From Utricularia gibba (Eukaryota > Plantae > Magnoliophyta): a stretch of 64,000 bases of DNA. Position numbers and translations under genes: made by a program. Location: contig CM007989.1 in assembly GCA_002189035.1 (NCBI GenBank), forward strand, positions 2,666,001 to 2,730,000, given 5' to 3'. The notes under the pieces are model-generated. The model worked only from the letters and a program-made list of their open reading frames with translations, was not told the DNA's origin and made no database searches. Numbering within the stretch: the stretch's first letter is position 1; every line of letters starts with the position of its first letter. Of this stretch, positions 1-12,230 are shown piece after piece.

Positions 1-1387
1 GCGCCGGTTGGGTCCTTCTTCTCCACGCTCTTGATGACACCCACCGCCACCGTTTGACGCATGTCACGCACTGCGAAACGCCCCAGAGGAGGGTACTCGG
101 AGAACGTCTCCACGACCATGGGTTTGGTGGGAATCATCTTCACGAGGCCGGCGTCGCCGTTCTTCAGGAACTTGGGCTCCTTCTCCAGCTCCTTTCCAGA
201 CCGTCTGTCGATCTTGGTCAGGATCTCCGCGAACTTCACGGCAATGTGGGAGGTGTGGCAATCCAGCACGGGGGCGTATCCGTTCCCGATCTGCCCGGGG
301 TGGTTCATGATGATCACCTGGGAGGTGAAGTTGGCGGCTTCCTTGGCGGGGTCATCCTTGGAGTTGGACGCCACATACCCACGCTTCAGGTCCTTCACCG
401 CCACGTTCTTCACGTTGAAACCCACGTTGTCACCCGGCAGAGCCTCCAGCAGCGCTTCGTGGTGCATCTCCACGGACTTTACTTCAGTCGTCAACCCAGA
501 GGGACCGAAGGTGACCACCATACCCGGCTTCAGGACACCCGTCTCGACACGCCCCACAGGCACAGTGCCGATACCACCGATCTTGTACACGTCCTGAAGC
601 GGGAGCCGGAGGGGCTTATCCGAGGGCCTCTTTGGCTCGTTGATCAGATCAAGAGCCTCAAGAAGGGTCGGCCCCTTGTACCAGTCCAGGTTGTTGGACC
701 TCTCGATCATGTTGTCTCCCTCGAAACCAGAAATTGGCACGAAGGGGATCTTTTCAGGATTGTAACCGACCTTCTTCAGATAGGAGGACACCTCCTTCAC
801 AATTTCATCGTACCTGGCCTTGGAGTATTTTGGTGTCGTGGCGTCCATCTGCACAGCAAGATCAGCGCAGGGTAAGATGACTGAACAGGCAATTGAGTAA
901 AAAAAAAATCGAAAGATCTGAGGACCTTGTTGCAGCAGCAGATCATTTGCTTCACGCCAAGGGTGAACGCAAGCAGAGCATGCTCTCGGGTCTGCCCATC
1001 CTTGGAGATACCAGCTTCGAAACCACCAGTGGTGGAATCGATGATCAGCACAGCGCAGTCGGCTTGTGAGGTACCAGTAATCATATTCTTGATGAAATCA
1101 CGATGCCCAGGAGCATCAATGACGGTGCAGTAGTACTTTGTGGTCTCGAACTTCCATAGAGCAATATCGATGGTGATACCACGCTCGCGCTCAGCCTTCA
1201 GCTTGTCGAGCACCCACGCATACTTGAATGACCTCTTGTTCATCTCAGCAGCTTCTTTCTCGAACCTTTCGATCACACGCTTGTCGATACCGCCAAGCTT
1301 GTAGATCAAGTGACCGGTGGTGGTGGATTTTCCAGAGTCGACATGGCCAATGACCACGATGTTGATGTGAACCTTCTCTTTACCCAT
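1..1387 (-). CDS. EF1A: Elongation factor 1-alpha, copy 1 (3' end runs off the window). Coding exons 1387-926 and 848-<1, intron 925-849; 5'UTR intron about 1869-1407
   Basis: Translation [26 protein letters not shown] (G1 box), [22 protein letters not shown] 77-nt GT-AG intron at CCCNK/MDATT restores the frame. Confidence 0.97.
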
Positions 1388-1869
1388 GTCGAGTTTTCAA
1401 GCAACCCTGGTCATAAAAAAAATCATAGAAGTGTTCGGATGAGAAACAAGCATGTAAAAGTTAAATATTCGAATGCAAGCCGATCAACATAATATTCCCT
1501 ATCATCAAACAAGCAAGATATATGAAGAAACACCAGCCAGTAGACCAGGAGAAAACAAGCCACTTAAGAAAGAGTTGCTGAAATTCCAAAACCGAAACAT
1601 ATGCATAGAAACAAGAGTATGCTTCTCCATATTTGGGCAAGATCACAGAGACTGAAAAAACAAAGCTCTGTTACCAAAAAGCACGCATAAATTCACCATG
1701 ATAAAATTCAAACTACCTAATCGTAATCTACTAACATCAGCAAATACAATTCACACGAGCAATCAGAAACCAAGATCGACTAGCTGATCAAAAAAAATAC
1801 AGAGATCGACTTGACAATTACAAAAGCATACAAAGGCTGCCAGAAAGAACGTCGGAGAGGATTGCTTAC

Positions 1870-2321
1870 GTGAACGTCAAATTCGCTGGCACAGAAAATA
1901 CTGTCCAATCGATCGACGTGCGCGTGAGCTGCCAATGGAAGCGACGTCCCTAATCGAGCGCCCTTTTATAGCAAGCAAATAGACGGCAATTAGGGTTTCT
2001 CGCAGAGCCGTTGGATTATTTTTGATCTACGGTGCACATAATACGAGAAGGCGAGTATTTACTAATAGTAATTATTATTTCAAGATAATTGACAATAATT
2101 GAAAATTTTAAAACACAATTTAGTCAATTTTTTAAACGCTGTAAAAGTTTCTATTTAATAAAAAGTGGGCTGCAGTTTTTATCGTCGCTCTAGTTTCCAA
2201 CGAGTAGCCCACACGTTTTTGGGCTGAAACCCTAAATTTCCTTCGAGACTCTTTGTATAAAACGGGCCTCGATCTCTTAGTTTCACGAACATCGGCTAGC
2301 ATCTCGGCAATCGGTGGGAAG
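1870..2321. promoter_or_regulatory. Bidirectional EF1A promoter (P) between copy 1 (-) and copy 2 (+)
   Basis: TATA-like boxes on each strand (about 1963-1969 minus, about 2257 plus). Telo-boxes AAACCCTA at 1991-1998 (-) and 2227-2234 (+). Site II TGGGCY motifs near 2166 and 2220. Divergent 5'UTR exons end in GT donors at 1869 and 2322. Confidence 0.7.
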
Positions 2322-2748
2322 GTGAGTTGGTTCTTCCGAAGAGTGACCGTGAGCTTGCGTTTCTTCTCTTTTTGAAGCTGTATCTTCTCTTGTGGGGTTG
2401 ATTTTCAACTTTATAGTTCTTGCGGATCTAGTTTGTGGATTGAAAAATTCAGATCTAGGTTCGTTTGGACGAATGATTTGTATGACAAGATGAGCGTTTT
2501 CAGCTTTACCTAGAATCAGCTCAAGTCCTTAACTGATCTACAATTTTGGACTACTACAGTTTTTATTAGATATCTTCTTAACTGTTTTGAGAATAGCAGG
2601 TTGTTTCTCATATCTGCTTGCTGCTTTTATTAGATATGTTTTATGGCCTATGTAGCTGCAGAATTACTTGCTCGCTAAATAACTTTTTTTATTGTTATCT
2701 AACATTCTCTGTTGTCTTTCCAGTACAGTGTTTGTTTAAGAGCTCGAC

Positions 2749-4172
2749 ATGGGTAAAGAGAAGGTTCACATCAACATCGTGGTCATTGGCCATGTCGACT
2801 CTGGAAAATCCACCACCACCGGTCACTTGATCTACAAGCTTGGCGGTATCGACAAGCGTGTGATCGAAAGGTTCGAGAAAGAAGCTGCTGAGATGAACAA
2901 GAGGTCATTCAAGTATGCGTGGGTGCTCGACAAGCTGAAGGCTGAGCGCGAGCGTGGTATCACCATCGATATTGCTCTATGGAAGTTCGAGACCACAAAG
3001 TACTACTGCACCGTCATTGATGCTCCTGGGCATCGTGATTTCATCAAGAATATGATTACTGGTACCTCACAAGCCGACTGCGCTGTGCTGATCATCGATT
3101 CCACCACTGGTGGTTTCGAAGCTGGTATCTCCAAGGATGGGCAGACCCGAGAGCATGCTCTGCTTGCGTTCACCCTTGGCGTGAAGCAAATGATCTGCTG
3201 CTGCAACAAGGTCCTCAGATCTTTCGATTTTTTTTTTACTCAATTGCCTGTTCAGTCATCTTACCCTGCGCTGATCTTGCTGTGCAGATGGACGCCACGA
3301 CACCAAAATACTCCAAGGCCAGGTACGATGAAATTGTGAAGGAGGTGTCCTCCTATCTGAAGAAGGTCGGTTACAATCCTGAAAAGATCCCCTTCGTGCC
3401 AATTTCTGGTTTCGAGGGAGACAACATGATCGAGAGGTCCAACAACCTGGACTGGTACAAGGGGCCGACCCTTCTTGAGGCTCTTGATCTGATCAACGAG
3501 CCAAAGAGGCCCTCGGATAAGCCCCTCCGGCTCCCGCTTCAGGACGTGTACAAGATCGGTGGTATCGGCACTGTGCCTGTGGGGCGTGTCGAGACGGGTG
3601 TCCTGAAGCCGGGTATGGTGGTCACCTTCGGTCCCTCTGGGTTGACGACTGAAGTAAAGTCCGTGGAGATGCACCACGAAGCGCTGCTGGAGGCTCTGCC
3701 GGGTGACAACGTGGGTTTCAACGTGAAGAACGTGGCGGTGAAGGACCTGAAGCGTGGGTATGTGGCGTCCAACTCCAAGGATGACCCCGCCAAGGAAGCC
3801 GCCAACTTCACCTCCCAGGTGATCATCATGAACCACCCCGGGCAGATCGGGAACGGATACGCCCCCGTGCTGGATTGCCACACCCCACATTGCCGTGAAG
3901 TTCGCGGAGATCCTGACCAAGATCGACAGACGGTCTGGAAAGGAGCTGGAGAAGGAGCCCAAGTTCCTGAAGAACGGCGACGCCGGCCTCGTGAAGATGA
4001 TTCCCACCAAACCCATGGTCGTGGAGACGTTCTCCGAGTACCCTCCTCTGGGGCGTTTCGCAGTGCGTGACATGCGTCAAACGGTGGCGGTGGGTGTCAT
4101 CAAGAGCGTGGAGAAGAAGGACCAACCGGCGCCAAGGTGACCAAGGCGGCCGCCAAGAAAGGAGCGAAGTAA
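2749..4172 (+). CDS. EF1A: Elongation factor 1-alpha, copy 2. Exons 2749-3210 and 3288-4172; two apparent frameshifts (2-nt loss near 3884, 1-nt loss near 4122)
   Basis: Same sequence as copies 1 and 3 except cacaccccacatt vs cacacctcccacatt, gaccaacc vs gacccaacc, and the last codons (ggagcgaagtaa). Both indels lie in C-runs. 5'UTR intron about 2322-2728. Confidence 0.9.
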
Positions 4173-4833
4173 TCTCTTGATTGATTCTCCGGAGCTTCTT
4201 TCAGTTTCAGCTGGAGTCCTGCACTGTGTTGTTTTTTCGAGTGTTTTGCCACATTTTTCCTTTATATTTCCCTTCGCCCTTTTTCACTCCTAGTTCTATT
4301 TATGCTTCATTATTTTGAAATTCTTGTCAACCTGAATGATTAAATTTAAAAAAGGAAAAGCTCTCGTAGGGGTCTTCCCACAATTTTCCTTCGTCTCTCT
4401 TGTCAAATCGAAGAACATTCATTCATGAATTACTTTAAAATAATACGATATTAATTTTCTTTCAGCAATAAAACCCAGAAGATATATGTATATATATTGT
4501 AGTGAGCTTTTATTTTATTTTTTGCGTCAAAATTCAGTTAACGATTGTGACATTTATAAAATTTAATAAAATGTAAACTGAGCTGTTGTGTTTTCCGCCC
4601 AAACCCTAAATTCCCCAAGTGAGATCGGCTTCGATTCATAGATCTTTTGGTAGACGAAGGCACACGAATCGCAGGTTATACGAATTTCTCTTGATGTCTT
4701 CTTTCCTATATATTTCGGATTTTCGTTTAGATCTGATTTTGGTGTTTTGGGATCGGCAGTCGCAGGTCTGTGTTAGTTGAACTTGGGGTTTCTTGCTGAA
4801 AACGTTTGATTTTTGGAATTCGAATCGCGTACC

Positions 4834-6359
4834 ATGGGTAGGATGTCCTCAGCGGTGGAAATCCCTCGACGTTTACATGCTAACGGCCGCGATGGCCATT
4901 CTGAGGATTCTTATGGTTACAGCTCTTGCAACAGGGATTATAAACGGAGCCGGAGCCGGAGTCGGAGTCGCACCCGAAGCCCGGTAGGTGACGGTTATGG
5001 GAGGTTCCGACGGCCTTCCCCGGTTTATGCTTACCCAATCTCGGAAGAAACGCGTAAAAGTGTTGAAAGGAAGGACTTGTTGATTGATAACCGGAGAAAG
5101 CCTTATCTTGATCGAGATAATAGGAACTGGCGACGTGAAGAGTCTGAATCGGATGAAGAATTGAAGGGTCATCCTTTTGAGGAGTATCGCAGGCTGAAAC
5201 GTCAAAAATGGAGAAGAATGCTCAAAAGTTGTATTTGGAACTGTACCCCTAGCCCTCCTAGGGACCCCGATGATTCTGATGGAGAGCTGGATGAAAATTT
5301 AGAAGATGAAGGTGAAAAAAAGCATAAAGAGTTTAATGAGAATGGTGAGACGTCAAATGATGGTCGTTCGGAGTCTGAGAAGTCCGATGGTTCGAGGTCT
5401 AGGCAGAAGGTGAGGAAATTCAGTTCCGTTTCCGAGAGTGAGGATGAATCTGAGGAATACTCAAGCGATGATGATTCAGAGGTAGACAGGAAGCATAACA
5501 AGAGAAAGAGTGGCAAGAAGAATAGGAGGAAGAAGAGGAGTAAACGATCAAAATATTCTTCTGAAAGCGAAAGAGCATCAGAGGATGAATCTAGTGATAA
5601 TGATTCAGAGGAGGAGAAGCCACGGAGGAGACACAGAAGCAGCAGGAAAAGGATGAGAGAAAGAGAAAAGGTAGCAGTAGGAGGAAATATGAAAGTGAGG
5701 ACTCTGATCCTGCGAGCTCTAAGAAGCGAAAGAAAAGGTCTTCCAAGTCCAAGAGAAGCAAAAGGAGAGAAGAGGACAGCGATAGTCTGCATTCTGATAA
5801 CAGCGTCTCTGATTCTGACACTGGTGCAAAAGATGTTCTCCAGAAGATAAGTGAGAACACTCTCAATGGTGAAGTTGGTGGTGAGGTTCTTAAGTTCAAG
5901 GAAATGATGGAGTTGAAGAAGAAAACTAATTTCGATGACGAGCCCCTAGTTGGCCCAATGCCTCTGCCAAGAGCAGAAGGGCATATCAGCTACGGTGGTG
6001 CACTTAGACCTGGTGAAGGTGACGCTATTGCACAATATGTCCAGCAAGGGAAGCGTATTCCTCGTAGAGGTGAAGTGGGTCTTTCTGCTGAGGAGATCCA
6101 AAAGTTTGAGAATCTGGGGTATGTGATGAGCGGTAGCAGACATCAGAGAATGAATGCCATCCGTATCAGAAAAGAAAACCAGGTTTACAGTGCCGAGGAC
6201 AAACGGGCGCTGGCGATGTTCAACCATGAGGAGAAAGCGAAGCGCGAGCAGAAAGTTATGAGTGATTTGCAACGTCTTGTGCAGCGCCATATCGGCCAAG
6301 ATGCAGGGCCTTCCCATGACCCCTTCGGTGGACGGGCTGCTGATGCTGCCGATGAGTAA
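4834..6359 (+). CDS. NKAP: NKAP-family (NF-kB activating protein / DUF926) RS-rich protein, single coding exon, about 508 aa if a 1-nt deletion in the A-run at 5647-5650 is corrected
   Basis: N-terminal RSRSRS repeats, [24 protein letters not shown] and IWNCTPSPP. The C-terminal domain [30 protein letters not shown]...[15 protein letters not shown] is in the +1 frame, which is open from 5652. Telo-box at 4601-4608. Confidence 0.88.
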
Positions 6360-6845
6360 CAGGTTTCTCCTTCGTGCTCCCTTAAAACATCGTTTCGTTC
6401 CAGACGGCTTGTGTACGGATAATGGAGCAATGCTCACCATTTGCATCCGGACATCTATGTATGAAATGCTATCTGTTTTTGTTTACAAGGAACGACACCT
6501 ACCACTTTTATTTAAAAACTCAAACGATTTTCTAGAGAATCCTTTTTGGGGGGCTTCAAACAATCTCAGTATGAATGACGGGGATAATCACACCTGATTG
6601 AAGGAAGGTAACATAGTATAGTAAAACTGGAGGCGTAGGATACGGGGGTAAAAAGGATCACGTCACGTAATTACGAAATATGGCGGTAGTCTCAACGCAA
6701 CCGTGGAGGACTGCGCAATCGCCTGTCCAGAACCCAGCTCAGGGACATAGTCAAAACATGCAAACAGACCACATGGATGGAAAAATGGAAACCAAAACAA
6801 CCTGAGGCAAGAAGATAAAACACCAGAACTGGGAGTATGCACCAT

Positions 6846-8272
6846 TCACTTGGCGCCTTTCTTGGCGGCCGCCTTGGTCACCTTGGCGCCGGTTGGGTCC
6901 TTCTTCTCCACGCTCTTGATGACACCCACCGCCACCGTTTGACGCATGTCACGCACTGCGAAACGCCCCAGAGGAGGGTACTCGGAGAACGTCTCCACGA
7001 CCATGGGTTTGGTGGGAATCATCTTCACGAGGCCGGCGTCGCCGTTCTTCAGGAACTTGGGCTCCTTCTCCAGCTCCTTTCCAGACCGTCTGTCGATCTT
7101 GGTCAGGATCTCCGCGAACTTCACGGCAATGTGGGAGGTGTGGCAATCCAGCACGGGGGCGTATCCGTTCCCGATCTGCCCGGGGTGGTTCATGATGATC
7201 ACCTGGGAGGTGAAGTTGGCGGCTTCCTTGGCGGGGTCATCCTTGGAGTTGGACGCCACATACCCACGCTTCAGGTCCTTCACCGCCACGTTCTTCACGT
7301 TGAAACCCACGTTGTCACCCGGCAGAGCCTCCAGCAGCGCTTCGTGGTGCATCTCCACGGACTTTACTTCAGTCGTCAACCCAGAGGGACCGAAGGTGAC
7401 CACCATACCCGGCTTCAGGACACCCGTCTCGACACGCCCCACAGGCACAGTGCCGATACCACCGATCTTGTACACGTCCTGAAGCGGGAGCCGGAGGGGC
7501 TTATCCGAGGGCCTCTTTGGCTCGTTGATCAGATCAAGAGCCTCAAGAAGGGTCGGCCCCTTGTACCAGTCCAGGTTGTTGGACCTCTCGATCATGTTGT
7601 CTCCCTCGAAACCAGAAATTGGCACGAAGGGGATCTTTTCAGGATTGTAACCGACCTTCTTCAGATAGGAGGACACCTCCTTCACAATTTCATCGTACCT
7701 GGCCTTGGAGTATTTTGGTGTCGTGGCGTCCATCTGCACAGCAAGATCAGCGCAGGGTAAGATGACTGAACAGGCAATTGAGTAAAAAAAAAATCGAAAG
7801 ATCTGAGGACCTTGTTGCAGCAGCAGATCATTTGCTTCACGCCAAGGGTGAACGCAAGCAGAGCATGCTCTCGGGTCTGCCCATCCTTGGAGATACCAGC
7901 TTCGAAACCACCAGTGGTGGAATCGATGATCAGCACAGCGCAGTCGGCTTGTGAGGTACCAGTAATCATATTCTTGATGAAATCACGATGCCCAGGAGCA
8001 TCAATGACGGTGCAGTAGTACTTTGTGGTCTCGAACTTCCATAGAGCAATATCGATGGTGATACCACGCTCGCGCTCAGCCTTCAGCTTGTCGAGCACCC
8101 ACGCATACTTGAATGACCTCTTGTTCATCTCAGCAGCTTCTTTCTCGAACCTTTCGATCACACGCTTGTCGATACCGCCAAGCTTGTAGATCAAGTGACC
8201 GGTGGTGGTGGATTTTCCAGAGTCGACATGGCCAATGACCACGATGTTGATGTGAACCTTCTCTTTACCCAT
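6846..8272 (-). CDS. EF1A: Elongation factor 1-alpha, copy 3, intact, 449 aa. Exons 8272-7811 and 7733-6846
   Basis: 462 + 888 nt coding, ending [15 protein letters not shown]. Canonical 77-nt intron. Confidence 0.98.
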
Positions 8273-8438
8273 GTCGAGCTCTTAAACAAACACTGTACTG
8301 GAAAGACAACAGAGAATGTTAGATAACAATAAAAAAAGTTATTTAGCGAGCAAGTAATTCTGCAGCTACATAGGCCATAAAACATATCTAATAAAAGCAG
8401 CAAGCAGATATGAGAAACAACCTGCTATTCTCAAAACA

Positions 8439-9210
8439 TTTAATCAAATTCTGGAATAAAAACCGCGGTTGTCGATACTGTAGATGACTCAAGCAATTAC
8501 TTAAACATGGCATGCGGGAAAACCTGATTCTAGGTAAACCAGAAAACGCTCAACTTGTCAAATTAACTCGCCCAAACGAACCTAGATCTGATAATTTATA
8601 TCCACAAAAACTACATCCGCATGAACTATCAAGTTAACAATCAATCCCAAAAAAGAAGAGCCATCATCAAAAAGAGAAGAAAAGCCAGCAACCGGTCATT
8701 CTCTTGAAGAACAAACTCACCTTCGTACCGATTGCCGAGACGCTAGCCGATGTTCCTGAGACTGAGATCGAGGCCCATTTTATAGTAGAGTCTCGAAGGA
8801 AATTTAGGGTTTCAGCCCAAGAGCTTGTGGGATGGTCGTTGAAAATTAGAGTTACGATACCGACTGCAGCCCACTATTCATTTAATGTTTTTGTTTATTA
8901 AATAGGAATTTTCAGTATGTTTTAAAATTTTCAATTATTGTCAATTATCTGGAAATAATAATTCCTAATAATAATACATGCCTCCTCGTATTATGTGAAC
9001 CGTAGATCTAAAATAATCCAACGGCTCCACGGGATCCCGAATCGCCGTCTATTCGCTTGATATAAAAAGGCGCTGGATTACGGCCGTCGTTTCCATTGGC
9101 AGCTCTCGCGCACGTCGATCGATTCGACAGTATTATCAGTGCCAGCGAATTTGACGTTCACGTGAGCAATTCTCTCTTAACTTCTTCCTTGCAACCTTTG
9201 TACGCATTTC
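8439..9210. promoter_or_regulatory. Inverted, diverged duplicate (P') of the EF1A bidirectional promoter and 5'UTR exons at about 1830-2582
   Basis: Aligns by eye to the reverse complement of P: gaaggaaatttagggtttcagccca, ttttcaattattgtcaattatct, aaataatccaacggct, gcgcacgtcgatcgatt, gtgccagcgaatttgacgttcacgt. TATA at 9061, GT donor at 9162. Confidence 0.85.
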
Positions 9211-9222
9211 AGCAAAACCTAA

Positions 9223-9519
<297 letters not shown>

Positions 9520-9545
9520 CATTTCGTTCCAGATGGCTTGTGTAT

Positions 9546-9840
9546 GTTTAGCCAGGTAAAACCCCAAATGGGGAAACCTCATGGTGTTGACCTGCAAATT
9601 CACTATGCTTTGTACAGGTTACAGGATACAGAAAGAAAGTGCACCCAACTCAGATCACCCAAGCTGTGATCAATCTCAAAAGAGACAGAATTTACGCATA
9701 CACTCCTCACTCCCTCACTGCACACCGTTATAGACCAGAAAGACACTCACTCCACGAACTATCCTGAGCATAATGGGAAAAAACCGCCAGGCTAACTGCC
9801 CAGCGTTGTGGCACACCTGTCGTGTGCCTACTAAACGTGC
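9546..9840. other. About 295-bp segment present only in the second duplication unit (possible small non-autonomous element)
   Basis: Flanks align with 6400-6450 of unit 1. Ends show a short imperfect inverted repeat (gtttag at 9546, ctaaac at 9831). No clear target-site duplication. Confidence 0.3.
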
Positions 9841-10186
9841 TGATAGTTAAGCTCACGATGATCACCACTTGCATCCGGACATCTACATGATATGAAATCT
9901 GTTTTTGTTTACAAGCAACTTCACCTACCACTTATAGTTTGAAACTCCACGATTTTCAGAGTATCCCATTTGGGGGGTTTCAGACAATCTACATATAAAA
10001 GAGGGGGCATAACATAGCAAAAGTGGAGGCGTTGGATATAAGGCTACAAAAGATAACGTTACATAATATGGGCGGTAGTCTCAACGCAGCCGCGGTAGTC
10101 TCAAACAGACAACATGGATGGAAAAATGGAAACGAAAACAACCTGAGGCAAGAAGATCAAACATCAGAACTGCGAGTATGCACCAT

Positions 10187-11613
10187 TCACTTGGCGCCTT
10201 TCTTGGCGGCCGCCTTGGTCACCTTGGCGCCGGTTGGGTCCTTCTTCTCCACGCTCTTGATGACACCCACCGCCACCGTTTGACGCATGTCACGCACTGC
10301 GAAACGCCCCAGAGGAGGGTACTCGGAGAACGTCTCCACGACCATGGGTTTGGTGGGAATCATCTTCACGAGGCCGGCGTCGCCGTTCTTCAGGAACTTG
10401 GGCTCCTTCTCCAGCTCCTTTCCAGACCGTCTGTCGATCTTGGTCAGGATCTCCGCGAACTTCACGGCAATGTGGGAGGTGTGGCAATCCAGCACGGGGG
10501 CGTATCCGTTCCCGATCTGCCCGGGGTGGTTCATGATGATCACCTGGGAGGTGAAGTTGGCGGCTTCCTTGGCGGGGTCATCCTTGGAGTTGGACGCCAC
10601 ATACCCACGCTTCAGGTCCTTCACCGCCACGTTCTTCACGTTGAAACCCACGTTGTCACCCGGCAGAGCCTCCAGCAGCGCTTCGTGGTGCATCTCCACG
10701 GACTTTACTTCAGTCGTCAACCCAGAGGGACCGAAGGTGACCACCATACCCGGCTTCAGGACACCCGTCTCGACACGCCCCACAGGCACAGTGCCGATAC
10801 CACCGATCTTGTACACGTCCTGAAGCGGGAGCCGGAGGGGCTTATCCGAGGGCCTCTTTGGCTCGTTGATCAGATCAAGAGCCTCAAGAAGGGTCGGCCC
10901 CTTGTACCAGTCCAGGTTGTTGGACCTCTCGATCATGTTGTCTCCCTCGAAACCAGAAATTGGCACGAAGGGGATCTTTTCAGGATTGTAACCGACCTTC
11001 TTCAGATAGGAGGACACCTCCTTCACAATTTCATCGTACCTGGCCTTGGAGTATTTTGGTGTCGTGGCGTCCATCTGCACAGCAAGATCAGCGCAGGGTA
11101 AGATGACTGAACAGGCAATTGAGTAAAAAAAAAATCGAAAGATCTGAGGACCTTGTTGCAGCAGCAGATCATTTGCTTCACGCCAAGGGTGAACGCAAGC
11201 AGAGCATGCTCTCGGGTCTGCCCATCCTTGGAGATACCAGCTTCGAAACCACCAGTGGTGGAATCGATGATCAGCACAGCGCAGTCGGCTTGTGAGGTAC
11301 CAGTAATCATATTCTTGATGAAATCACGATGCCCAGGAGCATCAATGACGGTGCAGTAGTACTTTGTGGTCTCAAACTTCCACAAGGCAATATCAATGGT
11401 GATACCACGCTCGCGTTCAGCCTTCAGCTTGTCGAGCACCCACGCATACTTGAATGACCTCTTGTTCATCTCAGCAGCTTCTTTCTCGAACCTTTCGATC
11501 ACACGCTTGTCGATACCGCCAAGCTTGTAGATCAAGTGACCGGTGGTGGTGGACTTCCCGGAGTCGACATGGCCAATGACCACGATGTTGATGTGAACTT
11601 TCTCTTTACCCAT
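10187..11613 (-). CDS. EF1A: Elongation factor 1-alpha, copy 4, intact, 449 aa. Exons 11613-11152 and 11074-10187; 5'UTR intron about 12017-11634
   Basis: Same protein as copy 3. Ten synonymous differences are confined to 11374-11613. Confidence 0.98.
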
Positions 11614-12017
11614 ATCGAACTCTTAATAAAGCACTGCACTTTAACGATAAAAAAGAAAACAAGCTATCTCAGGCACAATAACGAACTTATTCTAAACCAC
11701 TGCGCACATTCTAGTAAATCGAAATCACGTCTATCAATGGATGCTTTGTCCAGACGGTAAATCATGACGGTATCCATAGAGATAGTAATTGAAAAAGGGA
11801 TAACCAAAGAAGCTCCCAACAACAGCCCACTCACGAACCTTAAAGAATTGGCATCTTTAAAATGGTATGAAATCACATTCAGAACTACCAAATACAAGAT
11901 ACAACGGACAAAGTATATGCATAAAAATAAAAAAGGATCATCTTCCGATTAAAGGAAAGGCAAAACAGCAAATGAAAATCAAGTTCGTTTAGAAGAAAAG
12001 GAGATAAGTGAACTCAC

Positions 12018-12230
12018 CGATCGCCGAGAGAGAGAGCTGCGAGAGACGCGTGGGGAACTGGTTGTTTAGGGATTGAGAGCTTCCTCTTATAAAGGTAGCT
12101 CACGATTTTAGGGTTTTCACCGGGCCGTTGGGTTTAATGCGAGTCTCCGGTCCGATTATCGGATTTATGGGGCGAACTAAATATGCAAATTTACTTACGA
12201 TATATTAAATGGACACCGGGTGGGCCGAAC
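12018..12230 (-). promoter_or_regulatory. EF1A copy 4 promoter / 5'UTR exon
   Basis: TATA-like cttataaag at about 12086-12094, telo-box at 12109-12116, GGGCC/TGGGCC Site II-like motifs at about 12122 and 12221. Not alignable to P. Confidence 0.55.

Noticed and set aside
2749-4172. Calling EF1A copy 2 a true pseudogene
   Set aside because: It has an intact promoter and splice sites, no other decay, and both lesions are in C-runs like the other suspected sequencing errors. Left unresolved pending reads.
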